From a virus: a stretch of DNA of 22,496 nucleotides. Under the pieces are notes generated by a model. It saw only the letters and a program-made list of their open reading frames with translations. It was not told where the DNA came from and did not search any database. Positions 7,088 to 16,500 of the stretch are shown here, in pieces (position 1 is the first letter of the stretch; every line of letters begins with the position of its first letter). The stretch lies in UHGV virus genome UHGV-1752853; one strand, given 5' to 3'. The translations under genes were made by a program, and so were the position numbers.

Positions 7088-7453
7088 ATGGCGGCATTAC
7101 CTGTACTCCAGAGCCGAATTAAACCCCTGAGCACCCGACGAATGAATGTCCTGCAGGGTGAAGACCGACGCATCAGTGGTCGGGCAAGAGTGAATCTCAA
7201 ACGCAGGATCTGGCAGAGGGATGGCGGTCGCTGTTGTCTTTGTGGGCGTGTTGCTGACCTGTGTGACAGTGAACTCGATCACCGCATTGCTCTTCAGTTC
7301 GGTGGTGGTAATGAGGAGGCCAATCTCTGGACACTCTGTACGGAATGCCATCGTCTGAAGTCAGCCCGTGAGATGGCGAGCGGTATGCCGGATCCGAGGT
7401 TGCCGGAAGTGTCGGGTAGTGCCGACAGAACCGACGACATCATAGGGCTCTGA
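7088..7453 (+). CDS. HNH endonuclease (terminase/cos-associated, HK97 gp74-like position)
   Basis: HNH/zinc motif CCLCGR...ELDHRIALQFGG...NLWTLCTECHRLKS; sits directly upstream of the cos-like region and small terminase. Confidence 0.85.
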   Translation: MAALPVLQSRIKPLSTRRMNVLQGEDRRISGRARVNLKRRIWQRDGGRCCLCGRVADLCDSELDHRIALQFGGGNEEANLWTLCTECHRLKSAREMASGMPDPRLPEVSGSADRTDDIIGL

Positions 7454-7738
7454 CCAGACCCCGGGGGGGAGCTTACGGCGAAAAAAAACGATCGCCACGG
7501 ACACCGCGCCCCCCCTCACGCAGAGAAAAAATTCCCGTTCAGAAGTTATAAACATGTTTATACCATACATGGCGCTTTTCTGCATTTTTTACTTTTAAAT
7601 TCATTGTGTTGCTGGAGAAAAATGTTTATACCCTGTCCCCGCAAAATGTTTACAGGGCAGCGGTAAACATTTCCCCTGTTGCATCCATTCTCACCGGGGT
7701 GATTGCTGAAATTTTTCTGTGTTTTTCCGGAGGGAGGA
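7454..7738. other. Putative cos region: G7/C7 dyad (candidate cosN) plus repeated ATGTTTAYA elements (candidate terminase-binding sites)
   Basis: GGGGGGG at 7463-7469 and CCCCCCC at 7509-7515 in inverted context; ATGTTTATACC at 7554-7564 and 7622-7632, ATGTTTACAGGG at 7646-7657, inverted GTAAACAT at 7663-7670; lies between the HNH and TerS genes. Confidence 0.5.
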
Positions 7739-8317
7739 ATGCTGACGACGCAAAAACGAAAATTTGCGCTGGCGCTGATGTCGGGTAAAAACCGAACGGC
7801 CTCCGCCATTGAAGCAGGCTATTCAGAAAAGTCAGCCAGGTGTAAAGGTTCACAACTGGCAAAAGATCCGGAAGTGCTCGCTTTTATTGCCCGTAAAAAA
7901 TGCGAGATGGTGGAGGTGGATGAGGTTCCTGTTTACCGGAAGAAAAAAACACAGACAGAGGATAACAACCGGTGCTCAGGGACAACAGAAAAGAAAACAC
8001 AGACCGCACCAGAGCCGGATAACGATAAAAGCCTGCCGCCAGTGCCTGCCGGTATACCAGGCGTTGATTACATGGAGGACGGCCTTCCTGACCCGGTGAA
8101 AGCCATGGGCAGGATCCTGGTGGAAAACCTCAGCGTTGATCCGAAACTGGCACTGGATGCGGCCTGGCGACTGGCGCAGTTCACGCACCACAAAAAAGGG
8201 GATGCCGGTAAAAAATCGGCAAAAGGTGAGGCGGCAAAAAAAGCGGCTAACCGTTTTGCCACACCTGCGCCGCCGCCCCGTCTGGTGGTGAATAACAATC
8301 GTGAGGGAAATGAATGA
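7739..8317 (+). CDS. Terminase small subunit, P27 family
   Basis: GGGAGGA RBS then ATG 7739; N-terminal KRKFALALMSGKNRTASAIEAGYSEKSA helix-turn-helix pattern typical of P27-family TerS; 4-nt overlap with TerL. Confidence 0.75.
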   Translation: MLTTQKRKFALALMSGKNRTASAIEAGYSEKSARCKGSQLAKDPEVLAFIARKKCEMVEVDEVPVYRKKKTQTEDNNRCSGTTEKKTQTAPEPDNDKSLPPVPAGIPGVDYMEDGLPDPVKAMGRILVENLSVDPKLALDAAWRLAQFTHHKKGDAGKKSAKGEAAKKAANRFATPAPPPRLVVNNNREGNE

Positions 8318-9966
8318 CACCTGTATGGAGCACGGCATGTCCGGACTGGGCGGCGCGTCTGAAAAAAGGGCAGTCGATAATTCCGGCCCCCATTTATCCG
8401 GACCAGGCCGCGCAGGCACTGGCGATTTTTAAACAACTGCGGATTGTTGATGCACCGGGCAGTCCGGCGTTCGGGCAGGCCTGTGCCCCGTGGGTGTTTG
8501 ACCTGGTGGCGGCCCTGTTTGGCTCCTGTGATGCGCAGACCGGTGTACGCCATATCAAGGAAGTGTTCATTCTGATACCCAAGAAAAACTCCAAATCCAC
8601 GCTGGCCGCCGGGATCATGATGACGGCGCTGTTACTGAACTGGCGGCAGGCGGCGGGCTACACCATTCTGGCACCGACCGTGGAGGTTGCCACCAATGCC
8701 TTCAATCCCGCCCGCGATATGGTTAAGTGGGATGATGATCTGGATGATCTCTGTCAGGTGCAGACGCATATCCGTACCATCACCCACAGGATGACGGACA
8801 CCACCCTGAAGGTGGTGGCTGCGGATCCGAATACAGTGTCCGGTATCAAGTCTGTGGGGACACTGATTGATGAACTGTGGCTGTTTGGCAAGCAGTACAA
8901 GGCAGAGGACATGTTACGTGAAGCCATTGGCGGACTTGCCTCCCGTCCGGAAGGGTTTGTGGTGTATACGACCACACAGTCGAATGAGCCACCCGCCGGG
9001 GTGTTCAGGCAGAAGCTGCAGTATGCCCGTGATGTCCGTGACGGAAAAATTCATGATCCGCACTTTCTGCCGGTGATTTTTGAGCATCCGCCGGAGATGG
9101 TGGCCAGCGGGGAGCACCTGCTGATGGAGAACCTTGCCATGGTGAACCCGAATCTGGGGTATTCCGTGGATGAATCCTTTCAATTCCGAAAGGCAAAGGA
9201 GACGGGTGAAGAGGCTTTTCTCGGATTTATGGCAAAACACGCCAATGTGGAAATCGGTCTTGCCCTGCGCTCTGACCGGTGGGCAGGAGCGGATTTCTGG
9301 GAGCAGCAGGGTCGGAAGATAAGTTTTGAGGATATCCTGGCACGTTCTGAAGTGATCACTGTGGGCATTGACGGTGGAGGGCTTGACGATCTGCTGGGGA
9401 TGTATGTCATCGGCAGGGACCGGGAGAGCCGTGAATGGCTGGGCTGGGGGCATGCCTGGGCGCATGAAACCGCGATGGACAGACGAAAGAGCGAGGCATC
9501 CCGTTTCCAGGATTTTGTGGCCTGTGGCGATATGACCCTTGTCCGGCGGGTCGGGGATGACACGGCGGAGGTGGCGGAATATGTCAGGCGTATCCATGAG
9601 GCCGGGTTACTTGATCGTATCGGCATCGATCCGTCCGGCGTCGGACAAATTCTGGATGCGCTGGTGGAGGCCGGCATTCCGGAAGAGGGGGTGGCGGGGA
9701 TAAGCCAGGGCTGGAAACTGGGCGGTGCCATCAAAACCGCGGAACGCAAACTGGCGGAAGGTGTGCTGGTGCATGGCTGGCAGCCGATGATGGCCTGGTG
9801 TGTGGGGAATGCCAGGGTGGAGCCCAGAGGTAACGCCATTCTCATCACAAAACAGGCCAGCGGGAAGGGGAAGATAGATCCGCTGATGGCGCTGTTCAAT
9901 GCGGTATCCCTGATGTCGCTGAATCCGGAGCCGAAAAAGAAAGAGTACAGGGCTTTTTTCATATGA
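8314..9966 (+). CDS. Terminase large subunit
   Basis: 550 aa; Walker A-like ILIPKKNSKSTLAAG; length and position follow TerS. Confidence 0.85.
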   Translation: MTPVWSTACPDWAARLKKGQSIIPAPIYPDQAAQALAIFKQLRIVDAPGSPAFGQACAPWVFDLVAALFGSCDAQTGVRHIKEVFILIPKKNSKSTLAAGIMMTALLLNWRQAAGYTILAPTVEVATNAFNPARDMVKWDDDLDDLCQVQTHIRTITHRMTDTTLKVVAADPNTVSGIKSVGTLIDELWLFGKQYKAEDMLREAIGGLASRPEGFVVYTTTQSNEPPAGVFRQKLQYARDVRDGKIHDPHFLPVIFEHPPEMVASGEHLLMENLAMVNPNLGYSVDESFQFRKAKETGEEAFLGFMAKHANVEIGLALRSDRWAGADFWEQQGRKISFEDILARSEVITVGIDGGGLDDLLGMYVIGRDRESREWLGWGHAWAHETAMDRRKSEASRFQDFVACGDMTLVRRVGDDTAEVAEYVRRIHEAGLLDRIGIDPSGVGQILDALVEAGIPEEGVAGISQGWKLGGAIKTAERKLAEGVLVHGWQPMMAWCVGNARVEPRGNAILITKQASGKGKIDPLMALFNAVSLMSLNPEPKKKEYRAFFI

Positions 9967-9992
9967 ACCCTGTTCACCCTGTAACCATCACG

Positions 9993-10013
9993 AACCGCTG
10001 CGGCGGTTTTTTT
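9993..10013 (+). terminator. Terminator-like hairpin between the terminase and the protease-capsid gene
   Basis: AACCGC-TGCG-GCGGTT stem-loop followed by TTTTTTTATTTT. Confidence 0.4.
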
Positions 10014-10030
10014 ATTTTCAGGAGGCTGAT

Positions 10031-11971
10031 GTGACGCTTAAACGGGCCTGTTCCCTGCTGACGGTGAAATCCTTCAGTGAGGATGAACGGGTGATCACCG
10101 GGATTGCATCAACGCCTTCTCCGGACAGGGATGGTGACATCCTGGAGCCGGAGGGGGCTGAATTCGGCAGTACAATCCCGTTTCTCTGGCAGCATGACCA
10201 TTCCCGCCCGGTGGGACAGTGTACGGTACGCCGGGTCAGAGAGGGGCTGGAAATCACGGCGGCACTGGTGAAGCCCGAACCGGGGATGCCGTCACAGCTG
10301 GCAGCCCGGCTGGATGAAGCCTGGGCCGCCATAAAAACCGGGCTGGTCAGGGGGCTTTCAGTGGGCTTCCGTGCCCATGAATACACTTTTCTTGACGGGG
10401 GTGGCCTGCATTTTCTGCGCTGGGAGATGATGGAGGTGTCTGCCGTCACCGTGCCCGCGAATGCGGAATGCACTATTCAGACCATTAAATCTTACGACCG
10501 ACCGCTTTCTGCCGCGTCCGGCAACCGGAAACCGGTGGTGAAAATCGCATCTTCTGCCGGCGTTCCGGCACAGTCAGCAACCGTTTTTCAGAAGGAAAAG
10601 ACAGGCATGAATATCGGTGAACAGATCAAAAGTTTCGAAAACAAACGTGCGGCACTGGTGGCAGCCCTGGATGACATCATGACGAAGGCCGCGAATGAGG
10701 GACGTACGCTGGATGCGGGCGAAGAGGAGAGCTACGACAATACGTCGGCGGAAATCAAGGCCGTGAATGCACACCTGAAACGTCTGCGTGACATGGAGGC
10801 GAACCTGGCCGCCACGGCCACGCCGGTGGAAAAGACGGCCGATGGCATGGTGAAAAGTGTGCAGCCGGCAGCGCCCGGCATCATCCGCGTGGAGCAGAAA
10901 CTGGATAAAGGGATCGGCTTTGCCCGTTTCGCCAAATCACTGGCGGCAGCCCGGGGTGTCCGTTCTGAGGCGCTGGAAGTGGCGCGTCGCCAGTATCCGG
11001 ATGACAGCCGCCTGCATCACGTCCTGAAATCTGCCATTGGTGCGGGCTCCACCACCGATCCCTCATGGGCAGGTAATCTGGTGGAGTATCAGGACTACGC
11101 GCAGGATTTTATTGCGTTCCTGCGTCCGCAGACCATCATCGGGCGTTTCGGGCAGGGGGGGCTACCGGCACTTCGCCAGGTGCCGTTCAATATCCGCGTG
11201 CATGCTCAGGTCTCCGGCGGGTCGGCCAGCTGGGTGGGGCAGGGTAAGGCAAAACCGCTGACAAAATTTGATTTTGAGTCCATCACATTTGGTCATGCGA
11301 AGGTGGCAGCCATTGCGGTGCTGACCGACGAGCTGATCCGTTTTGCCAGTCCGGCCGCAGATGCGCTGGTGCGTAATGCGCTGGCGGAGGCGGTGATAGC
11401 CCGTCTGGACACGGATTTTGTGGATCCCGGCAAGGCGGAGGTGGCAAATATTTCTCCTGCGTCGATCACCAGCGGTATCACTGCGGTGGCGTCAACAGGG
11501 ATCCCGGAAAGTGATGCGGAGGCGGCCTTCGGTCAGTTTGTGAAGGCGAACCTGCAGCCGACCGGTGCGGTGTGGCTGATGTCCAGCACGAATGCCCTGG
11601 CTCTGTCCATGCGCAAAAACGCGCTGGGCCAGAAGGAATATCCGGACATGACGCTGCTGGGCGGCACCTTCTGTGGCCTGCCGGTGATTGTCTCCCAGTA
11701 TGTGGGCAGTCAGCTGATCCTGGTGAACGCGCCGGATATTTATCTGGCGGATGACGGGGGGGGCGCGGTGGATATGTCCACCGAGGCCTCACTGGAGATG
11801 CAGGGTGAACCGACAGGGGACAGCACCACGCCGGTGCCGGTTGAACTGGTTTCCATGTTCCAGACCAACAGCGTGGCCATTCGTGCGGAACGCTGGATCA
11901 ACTGGCGTCGTCGCCGTACGGCAGCGGTGGCCGTGATTTCCGGGGTGAATTACGGCGCGGCGGCAGGCTGA
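10031..11971 (+). CDS. Fused HK97-family prohead protease and major capsid protein (with coiled-coil delta/scaffold segment)
   Basis: GTG start with AGGAGG RBS; N-terminal prohead-protease pattern (ITGIAS...GDILEPEGAEFG...PFLWQHD...LSVGF...VTVPAN), then a coiled-coil segment, then an HK97 MCP-like C-terminal half. Confidence 0.8.
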   Translation: MTLKRACSLLTVKSFSEDERVITGIASTPSPDRDGDILEPEGAEFGSTIPFLWQHDHSRPVGQCTVRRVREGLEITAALVKPEPGMPSQLAARLDEAWAAIKTGLVRGLSVGFRAHEYTFLDGGGLHFLRWEMMEVSAVTVPANAECTIQTIKSYDRPLSAASGNRKPVVKIASSAGVPAQSATVFQKEKTGMNIGEQIKSFENKRAALVAALDDIMTKAANEGRTLDAGEEESYDNTSAEIKAVNAHLKRLRDMEANLAATATPVEKTADGMVKSVQPAAPGIIRVEQKLDKGIGFARFAKSLAAARGVRSEALEVARRQYPDDSRLHHVLKSAIGAGSTTDPSWAGNLVEYQDYAQDFIAFLRPQTIIGRFGQGGLPALRQVPFNIRVHAQVSGGSASWVGQGKAKPLTKFDFESITFGHAKVAAIAVLTDELIRFASPAADALVRNALAEAVIARLDTDFVDPGKAEVANISPASITSGITAVASTGIPESDAEAAFGQFVKANLQPTGAVWLMSSTNALALSMRKNALGQKEYPDMTLLGGTFCGLPVIVSQYVGSQLILVNAPDIYLADDGGGAVDMSTEASLEMQGEPTGDSTTPVPVELVSMFQTNSVAIRAERWINWRRRRTAAVAVISGVNYGAAAG

Positions 11972-11996
11972 TGCGCTGACAGGGAGGGCGGGGCGG

Positions 11997-12263
11997 ATGA
12001 TGCCCCGCCGTACTGAGATGACCAGAATCAGATATCTGCAGATGACACATGACGCTGCGCCGGGGGATGTCCGTGATGTGGACGGGCGCTGCGCCCGTGT
12101 GCTTGTCCTGCTGGGGAAGGCGGAATATCTGCCCGCCGTGAAGCGTCCGCCCCGAAAACCACGCAGCCGGAGTACAGAACATGTGGAACCCGTTCAGGAA
12201 AAAATCGATCCCGCAACCGGTGAGTCAGCAGGGATGGAAGACCCTGCTGAGGTTTACCGGTGA
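11997..12263 (+). CDS. Hypothetical ORF (88 aa) overlapping the portal start in another frame
   Basis: ORF track; GGGAGGGCGGGG upstream; overlaps the portal frame by about 83 nt; may be a real small gene or a frameshifted N-terminus. Confidence 0.2.
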   Translation: MMPRRTEMTRIRYLQMTHDAAPGDVRDVDGRCARVLVLLGKAEYLPAVKRPPRKPRSRSTEHVEPVQEKIDPATGESAGMEDPAEVYR

Positions 12264-13530
12264 ATCTTATCCCGGAGCCTGGCAACGGGACGACGGAATA
12301 CATCAGGACACGGTACTGGCTTACCATGCCGTGTTTGCCTGTATCTCCCTGATTGCCGGTGATATTGCAAAAATGCGTCCCCGGGTCATGCACCGTGACC
12401 GGCACGGTGTGCCCTCTGAGGTCCGTACCGGCAGTGCGGCTGCGATATACCGCAGGCCCAACGCTTTTCAGAACCGTATTCAGTTTTTTGAACACTGGAT
12501 GAGTTCAAAGCTGTGTCACGGTAACACGGTGGCCCTGAAAATACGCAACAGCCGGGGAGAGACGGAGGCCCTGCGTCTGCTTGACTGGCACAGGGTGATG
12601 CCCCTGGTGGCGGATGACGGCTCCGTGTTTTATCAGATTTCACCCGACCGGATGGCGGGTCTGGGCAGTACGGTGACGGTACCGGCCCGGGAAATTATTC
12701 ATGACCGGTTTAACTGTTTTTTTCATCCGCTTGTGGGGCTGTCTCCCGTGTATGCGGCCGGGCTGGCAGCGATGAACGGACACTGGATCCAGCATAATTC
12801 GGCGTATTTTTTCCGCAACGGTGGCCGTCCCGGCGGAATTATTGAAGTGCCAGGCAGCATCACGACAGAAAACGCCCTTGAGCTGAAAGAGGCCTGGGAA
12901 CGTGGCTACAGCGGAGAGAATGCCGGGCGCACGGCCGTGCTGAGTGACGGGGCGAAGTATAACCCCGTGTCGGTGTCTGCCGTGGATGCGCAGACCGTGG
13001 AGCAGCTGAAGATGACGGCAGAAATTATCTGTTCGGTCTTCCATGTGCCGGCTTACAAGGCCGGGATGGGCAGTCTGCCCTCGTCAGACAACATTGAGGC
13101 GCTGGAGCAGCAGTATTACTCGCAGTGTCTCCAGACACTCATTGAGTCTGCTGAACTGCTGCTGGATGAGGCTTTTGGTCTGGAGGGTACATATTCGACG
13201 GAGTTTGACATCAGTGCCCTGCTGCGTATGGACACTGAACGCCGTATCAGAACGCTGGGCGAGGGGGTGAAAAACACCCTTCTCACGCCGAACGAGGCCC
13301 GCAGACGGGAAAATCTGCCGCCGCTGCCCGGGGGGGATGCGCTGTACCTGCAGCAGCAGAACTACAGTCTGGAGGCCCTTGCACGGCGTGATGCATCCGC
13401 AGATCCGTTTGCTTCCGGTAAGCAGACCAGCAGGCAGGAAGAGACGGCGTCTGACGTCGGGAGTAAGGCCATCAGTGAAACAGAGCGCGATGCCGTGAAG
13501 GCGATGTTCAGGGGGATAATGAGAAAATGA
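12181..13530 (+). CDS. Portal protein, HK97 family
   Basis: 449 aa; LAYHAVFACISLIAGDIA and downstream motifs resemble HK97-family portals. Confidence 0.8.
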   Translation: MWNPFRKKSIPQPVSQQGWKTLLRFTGESYPGAWQRDDGIHQDTVLAYHAVFACISLIAGDIAKMRPRVMHRDRHGVPSEVRTGSAAAIYRRPNAFQNRIQFFEHWMSSKLCHGNTVALKIRNSRGETEALRLLDWHRVMPLVADDGSVFYQISPDRMAGLGSTVTVPAREIIHDRFNCFFHPLVGLSPVYAAGLAAMNGHWIQHNSAYFFRNGGRPGGIIEVPGSITTENALELKEAWERGYSGENAGRTAVLSDGAKYNPVSVSAVDAQTVEQLKMTAEIICSVFHVPAYKAGMGSLPSSDNIEALEQQYYSQCLQTLIESAELLLDEAFGLEGTYSTEFDISALLRMDTERRIRTLGEGVKNTLLTPNEARRRENLPPLPGGDALYLQQQNYSLEALARRDASADPFASGKQTSRQEETASDVGSKAISETERDAVKAMFRGIMRK

Positions 13531-14606
13531 CGGAAAGGGAGTTATCCATTATCCGTGCGCTGGGTGAGGAGTTCCGGGCTGTGCTGGCGGACTTACAGCG
13601 CACATTTGAGGAGAAGATGGCCGCGCAGTCGCAGGCATTTGAAGAGAAGCTGGCGTCCCTGTCTGCGGTGCAGCAGAAAAGCGTGACGGCTGATGATATG
13701 CGTCCTGTGCTGCAGACGATGGTGGATGAGGCCGTGGGCACCATTCCGGTACCGCGCGACGGGCGTGATTACGATCCGGACGTGCTGCAGCAGGCGGTGC
13801 GGGAGGAGGTGCAGAAGGCAGTGTCAGAAATTCCGGTGCCTCAGGACGGTAAAAGTGTCACTGCGGATGATGTACGTCCGATGCTCGAGCAAATGGTGAA
13901 GAATGCAATGAGCCGGATACCGGTACCGCGCGACGGCCGCGATTACGATCCGGATGTACTGCAGAAGGCGGTGAATGACGCAGTCGCTAAAATTCCGGTA
14001 CCTGCAGACGGTAAAAGTATCACGCCTGACGATGTACAGCCCATGCTGTCGCAGATGGTGAATGACGCAGTGAGTCAGATCCCGGCACCGCGCGACGGCA
14101 GGAGTGTGACGGTTGACGATGTGCGTCCGGTGCTGCTGGCGATGGTGGATGAGGCCGTGAGCCGGTTACCTGTTCCGCAGGACGGGCGTGATGCTGCGGC
14201 CCTGGAAATACTGCCCGGTATTGATGAACAGAAACATTATCCGCGGGGGACTTATGCAACCCATCACGGCGGCCTGTGGCGTGCGTACGAAAAAACCTGC
14301 GGCATGCGCGGCTGGGAATGTCTTGTTGACGGCGTTGCCGGCGTGGACATTCAGCAGGACGGTGCGCGATGTTTCACCGTCACGCTGACGCGGTCCGGTG
14401 GCGAAAGGAACGTGAAGTCTTTCGCACTTCCGGTCATGCTTTACCGGGGCGTGTTTGCAGAGGGTGCAGAATACCAGCCGGGCGACATCGTCACCTGGGG
14501 GGGCTCACTGTGGCACTGCAATGCGCTGACGACGGACAGGCCCGGTGAAACCGGGACAACCGGCTGGACGCTGGCGGTGAAAAAAGGGCGGGATCTGAGG
14601 GGCTGA
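13527..14606 (+). CDS. Head-module protein with tandem ~40-aa repeats and C-terminal carbohydrate-binding-like (CBM5/12-like) motifs
   Basis: Repeats of IPVPRDGRDYDPDVLQ.AV... and IPVP.DGKS.T.DDV.PML.QMV across about 13680-14190; C-terminal YQPGDIVTWGGSLWHCNALTTDRPGE resembles the chitin-binding-domain consensus. Confidence 0.55.
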   Translation: MTERELSIIRALGEEFRAVLADLQRTFEEKMAAQSQAFEEKLASLSAVQQKSVTADDMRPVLQTMVDEAVGTIPVPRDGRDYDPDVLQQAVREEVQKAVSEIPVPQDGKSVTADDVRPMLEQMVKNAMSRIPVPRDGRDYDPDVLQKAVNDAVAKIPVPADGKSITPDDVQPMLSQMVNDAVSQIPAPRDGRSVTVDDVRPVLLAMVDEAVSRLPVPQDGRDAAALEILPGIDEQKHYPRGTYATHHGGLWRAYEKTCGMRGWECLVDGVAGVDIQQDGARCFTVTLTRSGGERNVKSFALPVMLYRGVFAEGAEYQPGDIVTWGGSLWHCNALTTDRPGETGTTGWTLAVKKGRDLRG

Positions 14607-14935
14607 TGATGACAGAACTGGTCACGCCGGAAGCGGCGAAAATGCATCTGCGCATTGATGACAGTGAGGGGGAGGCGGATCTGCTGCTGAAAATTCAGGG
14701 GAGCAGCGCAGTCCTGCTTTCCTGGCTGCAGGAGGGCAGGCGTCTGGTGGTGAACGATGATGGTGAACTGATCGAGGGTGAGGCGCTGAGCCGGGTACAG
14801 ACGGCCCTGCTGTTCCTGCTGGGATATCTGGACAGGAACCGGGGCGGGGAGGAAGAGGAGAAGCTGATGCGCGGGGAACTGCCCCTGTCGGTCACGATGC
14901 TGATCCATGATCTCCGTAAGCCTGTCATTGTGTGA
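14606..14935 (+). CDS. Head-tail connector (gp6-like) protein
   Basis: N-terminal VTPEAAKMHLRIDDSEGEADLL resembles the gp6-like connector family; start overlaps the upstream stop. Confidence 0.65.
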   Translation: MMTELVTPEAAKMHLRIDDSEGEADLLLKIQGSSAVLLSWLQEGRRLVVNDDGELIEGEALSRVQTALLFLLGYLDRNRGGEEEEKLMRGELPLSVTMLIHDLRKPVIV

Positions 14936-15039
14936 CAGCGTCAGAAAGTCCCCTCATTTTTACTTTTCGGGGGCGTGTATGGCATGTGCGGGCTGCGTCA
15001 GGCAGCGGGAATGGGTGAAACAGTGGACGAGGATAGCGT

Positions 15040-15231
15040 ATGAACGGGCAACAGGAAAACGAACTCATCAGTGTACTGAGGGCGCTGGCAGCCGCCCAGA
15101 TAAAACAGGCGGAGGCCATCAACAGGCTGGCGGAGGCGGATGAGACCCTGTACTCACTCATCGCCCGCACGCTGGCGGACGAGACGGAGGAAGAGCCGGA
15201 GACGTATCTTGACGGAACGCCACGGAGGTGA
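15040..15231 (+). CDS. Small hypothetical protein (63 aa)
   Basis: ORF track; GAGGA RBS 7 nt upstream; acidic C-terminus. Confidence 0.4.
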   Translation: MNGQQENELISVLRALAAAQIKQAEAINRLAEADETLYSLIARTLADETEEEPETYLDGTPRR

Positions 15232-15233
15232 AC

Positions 15234-15566
15234 ATGGAGTTTTCATCACTGCGCCACCGTATTACGCTGCAGCGACGGACGGGTGTCCAGTCACCGGTGA
15301 CCGGTGCCATGGAATACCACTGGTCGGATGTGGCGACGCTGTGGGCACAGGTGGTTCCGGTCTCCGTCAGGGAATTCATTGCCGCCCAGGCGGTGAACAA
15401 TGAAATTACCGTCAGGATGGTGATCCGCTGGCGGGCGGATATCAGTGACAGGGATCGGGTGTTGTTTCGCGGGAAGCTGTACAGCATTGAAGGTATTCTT
15501 CCCGATCCGGTCAGCGGCAGGGAATACCTGACGCTGGCCTGCAGTGAGGGAGTGAAGGATGGCTGA
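15234..15566 (+). CDS. Head closure / head-tail adaptor protein
   Basis: GGAGG RBS then ATG 15234; SSLRHRITLQRR... resembles head-tail adaptor proteins; order after the connector. Confidence 0.65.
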   Translation: MEFSSLRHRITLQRRTGVQSPVTGAMEYHWSDVATLWAQVVPVSVREFIAAQAVNNEITVRMVIRWRADISDRDRVLFRGKLYSIEGILPDPVSGREYLTLACSEGVKDG

Positions 15567-16113
15567 TGGCATTACGATGAAAATGGAGGGACTGGATGCC
15601 CTTGCAGGAAAACTGTCCGCGCTGTCAGGTGTAGCGGAGAGTAAGGCCGGGCGCTTTGCCCTGCGGAAGGCGGCGAATGTGATTCGTGACCGTGCAAGGG
15701 CAAATGCGGCCCGAGTGGATGATCCACAGACGCCGGAGGCCATACACCAGAATATCGTGGCCCGGTTCAGCAACAAAAGATACCGGCAGACCGGGGAGCT
15801 GGCTTTTCGGATCGGCGTGCTGGGTGGCGCCCGCCGGACGCTGAGTGCGGCAGCTGCGCGGAAGGCCGGACAACGGCAGAAACGTCAGGGAACCGCCACG
15901 CTGGCGTCGCAGGGAGAGCTTCCCGGCTCAGGAAAAGGTAACCCGGGCGGGGATACCTGGTACTGGCGTTTTCTGGAGTTCGGCACGGAGCATGCTGAAG
16001 CCAGATCGTTCATGCGGCCTGCCATGAATGGTGCGGATGCAGAAGTCGTCAGCACGTTTGTGAATGAATTTGAGAAAGCGGTTGACCGGGCCATCAGGAG
16101 GATGTCGCGATGA
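15559..16113 (+). CDS. HK97 gp10-like tail component protein
   Basis: Size, position and GRFALRKAANVIRDRARANAA / WYWRFLEFGTEHAEARSFMRPA motifs. Confidence 0.6.
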   Translation: MADGITMKMEGLDALAGKLSALSGVAESKAGRFALRKAANVIRDRARANAARVDDPQTPEAIHQNIVARFSNKRYRQTGELAFRIGVLGGARRTLSAAAARKAGQRQKRQGTATLASQGELPGSGKGNPGGDTWYWRFLEFGTEHAEARSFMRPAMNGADAEVVSTFVNEFEKAVDRAIRRMSR

Positions 16114-16478
16114 TGATTAATCCGCTGTTCAGCGTCTGTGCCTCCTGTCCGGAGGTGACCGCACTGATTGGCAGTGATCCGGTCAGGCTGTATGCCTTTG
16201 GCAGCCAGGACGATGAGGTGATTTATCCGTACGTGACCTGGCAGAACACCGGCGGTGAGCCGGCGCTTTACCTGGGGAGCCGTCCTGATATTGACCGCTG
16301 GGCGGTGCAGATTGACGTCTGGGCCTCCACAGCGGATGAGGCGCTTGCCGTCGCGACGGCACTGCGTGATGCGATTGAAACGCAGGCCTGCATCACCCGC
16401 TGGGGCGGCCAGAGCAGGGATCCGGAAACGCGCAGTTACCGGTTCTCTTTTGATGCGGACTGGCTGGTCAGCCGTTAA
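16110..16478 (+). CDS. Tail completion protein (DUF3168-like)
   Basis: Position and size; ATGA overlap with the upstream gene. Confidence 0.5.
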   Translation: MMINPLFSVCASCPEVTALIGSDPVRLYAFGSQDDEVIYPYVTWQNTGGEPALYLGSRPDIDRWAVQIDVWASTADEALAVATALRDAIETQACITRWGGQSRDPETRSYRFSFDADWLVSR

Positions 16479-16500
16479 TGTCCGTGATGTTCGTACAGTC

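Noticed and set aside
7703-7738. Upstream extension of TerS (track start 7703)
   Set aside because: ATG 7739 has a strong GGGAGGA RBS; the extension runs into the cos-like repeats
7976-9977. Long minus-strand ORFs within the TerS/TerL genes (7976-8419, 8068-8553, 8914-9597, 9180-9977)
   Set aside because: Antisense shadows of GC-rich coding sequence; Arg/Pro/Ser-rich; the + strand encodes recognisable terminase proteins
10018-12495. Minus-strand ORFs within the protease-capsid and portal genes
   Set aside because: Shadow ORFs with low-complexity Pro/Arg-rich translations
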